Assembly: GCA_965645245.1 (NCBI GenBank)
Contig: OZ287077.1
Span: forward strand, 1,178,001 to 1,242,000
Direction: 5' to 3'
Origin: Massalongia carnosa
Taxonomy: Eukaryota
DNA: 64,000 bases
Positions 1 to 11,957 of this stretch are shown here, piece after piece. A program made the position numbers and the translations under genes. How positions within the stretch are numbered: the first letter of the stretch is position 1; each line of letters begins with the position of its first letter. The notes beneath the pieces are model-generated. The model ran no database searches, was not told the DNA's origin, and was given only the letters and a program-made list of their open reading frames with translations.

Positions 1-680
1 AGCACGAAGAAGCGAATTGACGTGAAAGAACAGACCATGGATACAAATATCACAAAGGAGAAGGTAGGACTTTGGCTGCTGGAATGAAACGGAACGCTAG
101 AGTAACTATTTCTCATCCCAGTGCCGAAAGCGTCTCCATCCAGCGACTAAGCAAAGACTGGACAGCCGGTAGTTCTGCTCGCTCACATCGCTACTCTCTT
201 TCTTGTTAAGAAATTCTAACTAGTATCAAATGTAGGGGGCCTGTGTGCGCAAATAAGACAAGCGCCGTACAGCCACTAATTGCATCAGATTTATGTTGAA
301 CGGTTGGCATTGAAGGCCTGCGATTCTCAGACATAATTCTGCAAACGGTTGGATTTTGTTGCTATTGGAGCGGTTTCTGTATAGGAGAGCAGCCTACATC
401 TTGTTAGAACAGGCCCTTAAAATAGTAAACTGGCCATGTTGCATGCATACAGTATGGGTCAACTGCATTTCTGAACAGCCTGCTGGTACTCAGCCATACG
501 TGGCATTCCTTGAATGCCGATTGCATATGTAAAAGTGTATCATCCATTGTTCAGTCACCAGCATTGGTGCGACCCATACTTTAAACCCAACAGAAAGTGC
601 AAGCAGCGGAGCCTTTGATACGCCCATATGCCTTGAGTCACATGAGGGCTTATGATAGAGAGCTAGTGCTCATAAGACCT

Positions 681-2074
681 CTAGGTGTTCTTCTTTTTGC
701 TTCCTTTGGGACGACCAACCTTGCGTTTTGGGGTTTCTGGTTCTGCAACATGCAAGAGTTTTTCGACAGGCTCTGCTTCTTTGACAACTTGTGGCGCTTC
801 TACCTTGGACTGAAAACTACTATCATCATTGCTCGAATACTGAGTAACATCGCTCTCTTCTCCCTCGCCTTCCCCAATAAAAGTGTCCCTATCACCTGTA
901 TCCTCTTCGTCCGACATATCTGGCATTTGCTGCTTTGTAGATGACCTATCAACCGTAGATTTTGCCTCTTCTTTAATATTTGCAATTATCTTCTTGGTCT
1001 CGGTTTCCTCGCCATTCAGCGTACCACACTCTCCACAACGCCATTTGCCCACATCTTCAGGTCGTTTGGCGCCTGGGGGAGCTTGACCGTTTACAAGCCG
1101 GCACTTTTTGCAAATCAAAGCCAAACGGTTCCTGGGTAACGACTCATCTTCTCCCAAAAGAACATCCATTAATCTATCGTACCAATGGGATCCTTCGCCC
1201 GATTGAGCATACTGAGGCTCGGCTGAATATGCATTTGGTGCAAACTCTGCTGATTCGTGTGGCGGAGATGGCATTCTTTGCGAAGCCGCTGTTAGTGGAC
1301 TGGCTGACAGGGGTGTGGCTTGCCCTAAAGGAGATCTCGATTGAGGCAAGGTCTGCTGGGGAGTGTTTGGAAAAGATGCCTGTGCCAGCTTGCCAGGAAT
1401 GTTTGCCGTCGGAGGCGGGACAAATGACGTTCTCCCCCCTCTTGAGACGCTTGAAACGCCATCCTTCGAACTTGGTCTCCCGTCGGAAGGACCAATTGAT
1501 TTGTTCTTTGTAGGGGGCGAGCCGCCGTATTTTTTAAGCAGTTCTTGTGTAGTATTGTATTTGGTGGTAGACTTAAGCTTCTCGATAGTTACGTCGCGCT
1601 GCTTTTGCAATTCTTCCAAGTGCGCTTGCACCTTTGAGGTGCGATAGTTATAATATGTACCAAGTGCAAGCCTCACGCCATATATTCTGTACTTGCTGTC
1701 AGTAAAACCCGGCGAGAATAGGCAAATAGTTCACTCCTGACAGAACAGGGCCACCAAATACTGCACCAATCTCTACTAGACCCCAGTTCTTCCAACCCAC
1801 AACAAGCACTAGAATAATAGAGTATAGAAGATAAGCGAAACTGGAATATAATATCCATAGCGCATTGAAACGTCTCGAACGTTGACGGAGGTTATCAAGC
1901 CTTGTGGTGCTCTTATTTATCTTAGTTGCAAGAGTCGAGAGAGTCTTTTCGAATGACGCTGGAGAGGTATCATCGCTCTAAGCGCAGTCAGCGGCCAGCC
2001 AAACAGTTTTTGTCCTAGATATGCTCTTCTAAAGGCGGCACAATACGTACTTTCCAGGGCCAAATAAAGACCAT
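681..2074 (-). CDS. LNP1: ER junction formation protein lunapark (3 exons)
   Basis: Spliced N-terminus MVFIWPWK/SDDTSPASFEKTLSTL, two hydrophobic segments, and the lunapark zinc finger (WYDRLMDVLLGEDE..ALICKKCRLVNG..WRCGECG) in ORF 681-1676. Confidence 0.92.
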
Positions 2075-2441
2075 GATGTTGGATTACTGATCGCAATGTG
2101 CGATACGTAGAGTGAACTCTGCCGCCAGTGATTGAAGGGGAAACTCGTTTAATCCAAAGGTGATGCCTGATTGATGTTAACTGAGAAACAGCTTGCTGGC
2201 TGGAATACATACGCCGGAATACCGCACCGGGGAACCGAGCGCAGCCGTCCGCAACTCCTAATGCGATCAGTTACCTTTAGTGTACTTATACTCGTAAGGA
2301 ACGCTCTCAACCAAACACGGAGTCGAAACTATCATTCGTTTACAGATATCCTCAGGCCTCAAAAGAATAGGCGTTCATTCTGTTTATATTCTTGTGATCA
2401 GGGCAATCTCAATATCGTTAATATGATAAGAAAAGCTCATC

Positions 2442-5400
2442 ATGTTTCAGGTAGGGGGTTCTCTGGTCTACAAGTGAAAATAGCACGCTGACTATCGCAC
2501 AGCGTCTGAAAGGAGCGATCGATTCTCGAATTGCAGAGGAACAAGCACGCCAACGCACCTCGCAATCTCCTTCTAGATCCAACTCAGGAGCTAACAAACA
2601 AGCTGTCCGCGCTAAATCGCCCAGCAAACGAGTCGCAAGGTCCGAGGCGAAAGATGATGAACCGTCGCCAAAGGGACCTGATCCCTCCGAATTCGAGCCA
2701 GAAGGCATAATTAATGCTGAGGACATTTCTGGCAGGTCGGGGACGCCTCGGCCGACCTCAAAAAAGCATCGCCCTACCCCACCCACCGAGGTTTCTTCAA
2801 CCGAGTCCCATACCTCCTTCAGCGATGAAAAACCGGACAAGGCGCCCGCGGCGGAACCTGGAGTGGAATCTCAAGAGCTCCCTACAGATGTCCGGGTGAA
2901 GCTTCGGAAGCTTGACAAGCTGGAATCCAGGTACTACGGTCGGTTTTCAGAATGTGGCCTATTCGATTTACGCTGATTGGTTACAGAGTTGTTGAAGTCT
3001 TATCGCGTAGCACATGCCCGAGTACTCTCTATTGAGCCTTTCGAGACCTCCCTTCGAGAGAATACGCCACTCACCTCAATTAGCGATCCAACAGCGCTGG
3101 TAGAGTACCTTAATCAATTAAACCTAAAGGGCGACATGGTACTGGATGAGCTGAAACGAGTTTCCACAGAGCGAGACAAATTTAAGGAAGAACTTAGCCA
3201 AGCTCAACAGAATGCTAAAGATGCTTGGGACGAAGTAGCAAATTTACGTAATCGCAGTATCCCTAATGGACTGGTAGAAATTTCCAATGAACAAATAAAA
3301 GAGGCACGTTCCCAGGAAGAACCCGTATCTCATCCTCTTGCAGACAAATCTCCTTTATCAGAAAACCCACAAGCAAACGTCTCTAAGTCTCGTACTACGT
3401 CGATAACTAGTCTACCTGTGTTTTCTCCGAAATCAAAGCCTGCGGAGTCGCCTGTAGCGCAAGTAGAAAAAGAGGATTTCTTCTCCTATGAAACAGAATT
3501 GCCGAGAGTAGAATCCGAGCTTCTGAACAGGCAAAAAGAAGTGAGCGGGCTTCAAGCTGAAGTGAAGACGCTCAAAGGTGATCTATCAGTGGCCAGAGAA
3601 TCGACACAGAGCATGGTTGAAACGCTAGAAGAGGCCACCCGGGAGCTGCAGGCACTTCGAGAGCGCAAAGACCAGTCGGATATGGATTCGGAGGAGCAGC
3701 GACGGTCTCTAGAGAAAACGGCAGAAAATCTCAAATCAGACCTACATCTAGCAGAGGAAGAGCTACGAAAAGTACGATCAGAGTCCATTGGGTTTAATGC
3801 TACTATAGTCAACGAACTTGAGCAGCGGTTGAAAGACAAACAAAATGAGCTCGATCTTCTCCAATCTGGAGCGGTCTTGAAGAGTGATTCGTCAGATCAA
3901 GTCGAAGAACTAACGCTTACGATAAAGAGCATGGAGTCGGAAGTGCTGGGACTTCGTGCGGACATCAAGCAAAGCGAGAAGAGAACTACTACTTTGGACA
4001 ATCTTGTTAAAAGTCTACGCACGCAGCTCTCAGATGCAGACAATGAGAAGCAGCGCCTGACTATTCAGATAGCCAGTGACGAGAAGTCAAAGCGAGCCTT
4101 ACAGCATCGGGTAACCCAATTACAGTTAGAGTTTAGAGCTATTGCCGGAAATCAGAAGAAAGGTGAAAGTGCAGCATTGCTAGGGTCACCCACCATAGAT
4201 GATGACACCGTATGTACAGCCGACGCAAATGCGGCGGTAAAGAAAAAGAACAGGAAAAAGAGGAAAGGAGGTAAATCCGGAGCTTCGAATGTTAAAGATA
4301 CTGCATTAGATGAAAAGCTTGAGCAAGAATCAGCTGACGAGGTTCAAACATCCTGTAATACCATTGCAAAGCTCCAAGAAGAAGTAAATCGATCGAACGC
4401 GTGGAGGCAGGAGAAGGAGGAGTTTATTGAAAAAATGCTTAAGAAGTTGAAGCAGCAAGAGGAACTATGCGAGGAAATTGAAACACTCCGTGATGAGCTC
4501 ATCACCATCGGGCAGGAACATATGGTGGCTAAGGATAAGGTGAAGGAGTTACTCGCGGAAAATCGTGATCTTTCCACAATCATCAAAGGTTTAGAAAGAG
4601 AGCTTTCGGAATTAAATAGCGCTCATGCTTCTAGCATATCTGGGTCGGAACAAGAACAGAAAGACCTTACTGAACAATTCGAGGATTTCAAGAGAAAGGC
4701 GACAACTCTGCAGACAGATCTCTCGGCTGCACAACTACTAGCCTCATCAAGGTTCAAAGATCTCACCGATCTAAAAGGTATCTTGCAGAAGGCGCAACCT
4801 GAGATAAACGCTTTAAAAAGTGAGGTCGCAGATAGCAGGAAAGTAAAGGCATCCTTAGAGAAAAAGGAGGCTGAGTTTAAGCAGTTAGATTCGAAGCACG
4901 AAGAAATGCGTGCCGAAGTAATCAAGCTCAGGCAACTTATCGCGGATGGCGATTTGGAAATTAGAACGTTGAATCAGAAACTCACTCAAGAGATCAGCAA
5001 TCGGCTGAAAGCAGAGGGCACAAGCGCAAAGACAACCCAGGAAATCCAGCGTGCACATATTGAGAAACGCCAGGCTACGGAGTCGCTCGATAAGTTAACT
5101 AAAGACCTAGTTAAATCGCAAGATGAATTAGCCGCTTCGAAAGCTAAGCTGAGACATGTTGAACAACAGTACTCTCAGATTAGCAGGGACATGGAAGGCC
5201 TGAAAGAGGACGTAGAACTCAAAACGGCTCAATATGCTAGCGCCCAGAGTTTAATGGCCAGCATGCGTGACCAGACGGCTGAAATGGCGATACAAATGAA
5301 AGAGGCACGAGATCGTTGCGAGAGTCTCGAGGAGGAAGTTTCTGAGGCTCATAGGCTTCTAAGTGAGCGTAGCCGGGAGGGCGAAACAATGAGAAGGCTT

Positions 5401-6289
5401 TTGGCAGATGTAGAGGGAAGAGCAGATGCATGGACCAGAGAAATGAAAGAACGTATGGAAACGGCAAATGAGGAAAGACGACGCGCCGAGGATGAAGCTA
5501 GTACAGCGGGGAGGAGGAAGGCAAGGGAGGTGGAAGATCTACGCACAAAACTCCGCGAAGCTGAGAGATGCTTGAAGAGGGCCGAAGAAGATAGGGAGGA
5601 ATTAGATATGGCTCAGCGAGAGTGGAAACGGCGACGTGAAGAGCTCGAACAAAAATCGGAACAGCATACCAAGGAGATGGACGAGGTCCGGCGAGCCATG
5701 GGCGAGCTGCGCGATGCTCTAGATGAAAGCGAAAGGCAGGCGCGGGAACTTGAAAAGCAGAAAGCAGACATGCGCCGATCTGTCGAGGACACACAGCATC
5801 GGCTTGAGAAGCTCCAGAAGTCGCACAAGGTATGTGCGATGAGACCGCAAGCTCGCGTGAACGTAAGCTAATCCATGTTCAATGCAATTCAGTCAATGGC
5901 AGATGAAATCAGGACGGTGCAAACGGCCAAGACCAAAGCCATGGACTCGGAAACGCAGTTGTCCCGATCCTCGTTGGATTCAATGCCTCGACCGCGTCTC
6001 GGGTCGCCGGCTTCGAAGAACCGGGCGGGTTCAGCTGCACTAAACGAGGGCATCAATGGTCAAGCACCTAGCCCCATAGACTTCGTGTACCTCAAAAACG
6101 TCCTTCTTCAATTTCTCGAGCAAAAAGATAAGAAGCACCAGATACAACTTATTCCCGTTCTCGGGATGCTCCTACATTTTGATCGGTCAGGCTCCCAACT
6201 CCATGGATATATATCCCTACGTCAAGTTGTGCTAACCATTTGGCAGGAAGGATGAGCAGCGATGGATGTCAACCATCACAGCGAAATGA
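2442..6289 (+). CDS. IMH1: GRIP-domain golgin, long coiled coil (Imh1-like, 5 exons)
   Basis: Spliced start MFQ/RLKGAIDSRIAEEQAR, a 964-aa coiled-coil ORF, and the C-terminal GRIP motif DFVYLKNVLLQFLE..LIPVLGMLLHF. Confidence 0.85.
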
Positions 6290-6356
6290 TGCCTAGGTAT
6301 TAAGTATACCTATGCTCACCAGATTACTGACATCATCATATTTACAGGGAGGTGGT

Positions 6357-6546
6357 GAATGTTGTCTTCAACCGCCTGCTTACACAATCTTGGTGCGCAG
6401 GCAATGGGATGTCCACTGGACCGTCGTCCCAGGGGGGCAACGTGTGGAGAAGCTCCATGTTCCTTGGTTTAACTGTACAGGCAATTGTCTCATACCACCC
6501 TCTTCGGGTTCGCTGGGCTATTTATGCAGCCTCGGGGTGCCATGAA
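6357..6546 (-). ncRNA. candidate box H/ACA snoRNA
   Basis: Hairpin CAUGGCACCC/GGGUGGUAUG followed directly by H box AGACAA (6490-6485), second arm UUGCCUGU/GCAGGCGG, ACA at 6365-6363 or 6362-6360; G-U pairs favour the minus strand. Confidence 0.45.
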
Positions 6547-7559
6547 GTTTTTGAAGGGTATTTCGGAGCAGGAGGATGATCGATGAAGGTCGTAATAAGA
6601 AAGTCAGCGGGCCGGCTCGAGCGGTATTGGCCAATTCAGCAAAAGATGTCGAAGATGTCGAAGCGGACGAAGTCGAAGAGGGCGAAGATGTCGCATATGC
6701 TCATTTGAGAGGAAACTCCGGCGGAAGCGAGCGGGTACGGGGTTGAGTTCGGCCCTCCGCACGCTGTGCTTGGTATGCTGTACTCGGTATGCTGTTCAGT
6801 TCCAGAGTGGAGGCAGAAAGACCAAAGAGCGGGATTGGCCGGGCAGAATATTACCCCGCCAGACGCCCAACAATATTACGCCCATACTTCTGGTAACATA
6901 CTACTCCGTAACATACTACCCTACAATCTTCCATACAGAGTACCTATATAGTACTCTGTATAGTGCCTCTCTTTACTGCTCTGGGCGCCATCAAGGAACA
7001 ACGGTCGCACTTAATGTAGGTAAAATGTTTCGTTTGCAAGTTTGATCAATCCCAGGGTCCTCCTGTCAATTGAATGGGGTTTTTTTCTTTCTCGAGGAAG
7101 CCAACCTTCTCCTAAAAAAAAACAACAACCGATTTCTCACTTCATCCTACCCTCATTCTATTGCTTTGATTCCCCCCCCCCGCGCATCGAGGGAGTAGAT
7201 GACAATACGCTGTAATGCACAATTCATCCTCTGCGGCTAATACAGACAGCCTGTCTGCTGACACTTCAAGGATCCCTCCCACAGCCGGTCTGATAATCGT
7301 GCCTGCTCTCATAGTGCGAACCCAATCTATCCCTTGTGCTTTTGCCGCTCCTCTCATATTTATTCCTTGTTTACCTATACATCACCATGCTTTCTGCGCA
7401 TGAGATGCTCAAGCCACCTTGACGCAACTTCTTCGATTTCTTTGACCCAAACCTTAGGTTCGGCCAAGTATTCCGGGCAGGTGGTCTACGTTCTCAATAC
7501 CTCAGTGGTTTCATCGGCTCAAATCCTCAAGCATTTGACTTTTTAAAGGCCCAACCAAC

Positions 7560-9599
7560 ATGGCCACTCTCCCTCTCAGACAGCCATATCGGCAACCCTC
7601 TCGACAATTGTCTACGGACCCTCACAACGAACTGCATCCCCAGATGGATCACTATATTGGCATTGACGTGGGCACTAGCAGCGCCAGAGCGTGTGTCATC
7701 GATGGCCAGGGCAACATTATCGGCCTAGCGTCAGAAAATATTGGTTTGTGGCAACCAGAGCATGGATACTACGTAAGTGCTCTTTTTCTAACAAGTTGCC
7801 TTCCATTGCCCGCATCTGCCAGCATTCCAAGCCAGACAGTGCTGAGGGAAACGCGCAGGAACAATCTACCACTGACATTTGGCGGTCCATTTGCACGTCG
7901 GTTCAACGAATACTGAGTCAACATAGCATCAATGCAGAGACGATTCGAGGTTTGGGGTTTGATGCCACCTGTTCCCTGGCTGTCTTCTCTCATGATACGG
8001 ACGAGCCGATCTCGGTGACTGGACCGAACTTCGACAATGATCATAACATCATCTTGTGGCTGGACCATAGACCAGAGAGGGAGACTGCGAAGATCAATGC
8101 CACCGATCACAACCTGCTGCGCTATGTGGGGGGGACTATGTCAATCGAGATGGAGATCCCCAAGGTTTTGTGGTTGAAGAATAACATGCCAAAGGAGCTT
8201 TTTGACCGCTGCAAGTTCTACGATCTCGCAGATGCATTAACCCATATTGCCACCGGGAGCGAAACGAGGAGTTTCTGTAGCACCGTATGTAAGCAGGGCT
8301 ATGTTCCCGTAGGGGTGGACGGCAGCGTCAAGGGCTGGCAAGAAAATTTTCTGAAGGAGATCGGCTTAGGAGACCTCACAGAAGACAACTTCAAGCGACT
8401 AGGCGGAGTCAACGGGGTTGTGAGTCGTGTTTGCTTAGTCCTCACAATTAGAGAGTCGTGCTAACCGATCTCCTAAGAACGGTCACTACCTCAGCGCTGG
8501 CGAAAAAGTCGGAACGCTTAGCGAGAAGGCTGCTTCCGAACTTGGCTTACCAGCAGGCATCGCCGTTGGTAGCGGTGTCATTGATGCATATGCCGGCTGG
8601 GTCGGCACGGTGGGAGCAAAGGTTACGTTGAGCGGCAATGAATTAAGCTCCGACATTGCCAAAAACGACCGTGCTCAAGCGTTCACCCGGCTTGCAGCCG
8701 TTGCGGGAACCTCCACCTGTCACATCGCCATGTCGCCGGAGCCAGTCTTTGTCCCTGGCGTGTGGGGACCTTATCGGGATGTCCTAATTCCGAACTACTG
8801 GATGGCGGAGGGAGGCCAAAGCGCCACAGGCGAGCTGTTAAAACATGTGCTAGAAACGCATCCCGCCTTTCAGCAGACTCTCAACATCGCCGATTCTTAT
8901 AACATCAACATATACGACTATCTGAATGAACACCTCAAAGAAATGCAGTCCAAAAGCGACGCGCCTACCATTTCCTACCTAGGCCGCCATTTCTTCTTCT
9001 ACGGGGATCTCTTTGGCAACCGCTCCCCCATCGCGGACCCGCGCATGACCGGTGCGGTCATCGGCCTCAGCAGCGACAAGACCATCGACGGCCTCGCACT
9101 ATACTACTACGCCACCATGGAATTCATCGCCCTGCAAACCCACCAGATCATCGAGACCATGAACAAGGCCGGCCACCAGATCACGTCCATCTTCATGTCC
9201 GGCTCGCTGTGCCAGAACGACATCCTCATGAAGCTCATGGCATCGGCGTGCGACATGCCGGTGTTAATCCCCCAGTACGTGCACGCGGCCGTGGTGCACG
9301 GCGCCGCCATGTTAGGCGTCAAGGCCGCGTCGGCCGACAAGGATGGGAAGACGGTGCCGCTGTGGGATATCATGGATCGCATGAGTAAGCCCGGGAAGGC
9401 GGTGGTGCCGACGACGGACCCGCACGAGAAGGAGCTGTTGGCGGTTAAGTATAAGGTGTTCCTAGAACAGTGCCACAGCCAGCGCGCGTACCGCAAGGAG
9501 GTGGATGAGGTGGTGGAGAAGTGGAGTGAGAAGCAGGGAAGGGAGAGTGAGTCGAAAACGGATGAGAAGGCGGAGGGGTCTGGCGGGGGATTGCGTTAA
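7560..9599 (+). CDS. FGGY-family carbohydrate (pentulose/D-ribulose) kinase (3 exons)
   Basis: HYIGIDVGTSSARA, GLGFDATCSL, LWLDHR, VAGTSTCH, EGGQSATG and GDLFGNRSP motifs across ORFs 7560-7916, 7691-8464 and 8610-9599. Confidence 0.93.
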
Positions 9600-9894
9600 G
9601 GTTGCCGCCTGGCTGACCAGGGGGAAAGAACCAGGGGAAGGGGGGAATCGACAAGGAAAATGAACACGACCGGGAGGAGCGGTGTTACGATGGTGGAATT
9701 GTTTTTACGTCCATGGTGACTGGAGAGTCCGTGTAGCTTTGCGATCACTGAAATCGAAGCCGCTGTGTTTGTGACCCATGACGACCAAGCGGTGGACTAG
9801 AGGTCAGAACTGTGGACTCGGCAATCGCTCCAAAGCGGCTGCGTGCTGTCTATTGTAGTCAAGATATAATACAAACATCCCCCCCCTAATTATC

Positions 9895-11213
9895 CTATTT
9901 CCATAGCTTGCCTAGACTAACTTCCTTATCATCATGTTTATTCAGCACCTTGGCGGTCGCAAGGTCAAAATCCTCCTGCGTGACATGCACACGGCGTTCG
10001 CGCAGCGCATACATGCCGGCCTCAGTACACACACCCTTAAGTTCCGCGCCGGAGCAGCCGTTCATCTTCTCGGCGATCTTAGTCAGGTTGATGCCGCGCG
10101 TAAGATTCATGCTGCGGCTGTGGATGCGGAGGATGTCGGCGCGGGCTTCGACGCTAAGGAGGGGGTGGGTGTGTCAGAATGGCGGGGGGGGGGGCCCTGG
10201 GAGTAGAGGGAAGGGGGAAGAGGAGGAAAACATACGTGGGAGGGGGGAACTCGATTTTTCGATCTATACGGCCCGGCCGGAGGAGCGCGGGGTCGAGAAT
10301 GTCGAGTCTATTGGTGGCCATGACGACCTTGATGTTCTTCGTGGGTTCGAAGCCGTCTAGTTGATTGAGGAGTTCGAGCATAGTTCGCTGGACCTCGGAA
10401 TCGCCGCCGCTACTCCCTTCCACTCGCGAGGAGCCGATGCTGTCGATTTCGTCCATGAAAATGATGCTGGGGGCGTGTTCGCGAGCCATGACGAACAGCT
10501 CCCTCACCATCCGGCTGCCTTCGCCAATATATTTCTGCACCAGCTCGGATCCCGAAACGCGAATGAATTTGCAATCGGTATGGTGGGCGACGGCACGCGC
10601 AAGGAGGGTTTTCCCCGTCCCGGGAGGGCCGTAAAGAAGCACGCCTTTGGGTTGGGCAATGCCGAGGGATTCGAATAACTCCGGGTGTTTAAGACCGAGC
10701 TCGATGACTTCTTTGATTTCTTTGATTTGCTGGTCCAGTCCACCTATCATATCGTAGGTGCTATCGGGGACTTTCTCCACCATCATCAGGGAAACAAGCG
10801 GATCGACGGAGGAGGGGAGCATTTTCTCCAGCTTGTAGGAGTCGGACAGGAGGGTCACGCGTTTGCCCACGGTGAGCTTGGCGATATCGACTGCGTCCGA
10901 GATGTCGACGACTGGAAAATGAAGGCTCATTAACTTACCGGCTTCACAGCATACCTTGGGCGCAGGAGGTCCACATACCGTATTTGCCTTCTGGATGTAC
11001 TTTTACTAGGACTTTTTTCGTCCCCATGACTTTCACTACTTCCCCTACATACGAGCCCGGTTGCTGCAGTAGACCTAGTTCTTCTCGTAGCAGTCTCACT
11101 CTCGAGTTGTAGTCGTTCCGCTGGGCTTCCAATCTTCGCAACACGGCTTGACCTTGGATGATCTCGAGCTTCATGCTCTCAATCTTGTTGTGGAAGAAAC
11201 TGTCGAGGGCCAT
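9895..11213 (-). CDS. RPT6: 26S proteasome regulatory AAA ATPase subunit Rpt6 (3 exons)
   Basis: [18 protein letters not shown], Walker A GPPGTGKT, Walker [10 protein letters not shown]-terminus EVSLGKLWK. Confidence 0.97.
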
Positions 11214-11957
11214 GATGACGGGGGTGGAAAGGGATCCAAAAAGAGAGTTACTAGGTAGACTCTCCTTTGCAGGTTGGACGGCCAGTGCGGAATGTATGAT
11301 CTGAAGGTACTCGTTTGTTGATGCTACGATGGATGACTTTTCATATCCTCATGAATAACCTACGGGCACTCTAGTTTGTAACTTAGAGGATATGACGGCC
11401 TAACGGCTCGAAAACCCGGGATGCTAGTAACCTGGTATGTACGGAGTACTCTGTACTCGGTAATTCGCTGTACTCTAGGCCTTTTCGAAGTACCGAGTAC
11501 TCTGAAGGTACATGTTCTGTCCAGGACAAGCCTACCCGCAGCCAACGGCAGCCACAGCGAAAAGCCTCTTTAACTACGGAGTAGCTGCTTCAGCACTTCT
11601 GTACGATCTACACCTAGAAATGTCACTCGAAGAGCTGTGCATAACCTATCGTACAACCCCGATTTGATAAAGTGACTGAATATGGCACTTTCTCAGAAGC
11701 CAGAACAGTTACTTATCTAGCATCTGACAATAGCATCTGACCCCCTAGTTACCTTCCGATCATTCGTTCCATACCCTCTGGTTCAGGCAGTTACAACCTC
11801 CCCCGAATCACAACCCACTTTCCCACTCGTGTCTCAGGCCCACGACGTCGAAACATGACTAATATCGTGTTTCTCCGCGAATAAATGTGCCTTAGCCGGA
11901 GACTGTGATAAGAACTTGCTTCATCTGCAATCTCTCTACGCCCGTAGACACTCCAGC

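Noticed and set aside
1..600. Possible 3' exons of an upstream gene
   Set aside because: Only short frames with no recognisable protein; cannot be supported from this window
6643..6693. Degenerate GAAGATGTC 9-mer tandem repeat
   Set aside because: Short, irregular minisatellite with no spacers; not CRISPR-like and no function evident
7208..7217. CGCTGTAATG resembles the 5' end of fungal SRP RNA
   Set aside because: Lacks the following GC and any helix-8 GNRA motif downstream
10913..10978. RPT6 intron with internal GTATGC and GTAAGT as a possible stwintron
   Set aside because: A single canonical splice restores EGKYVVD, and no internal acceptor regenerates a donor
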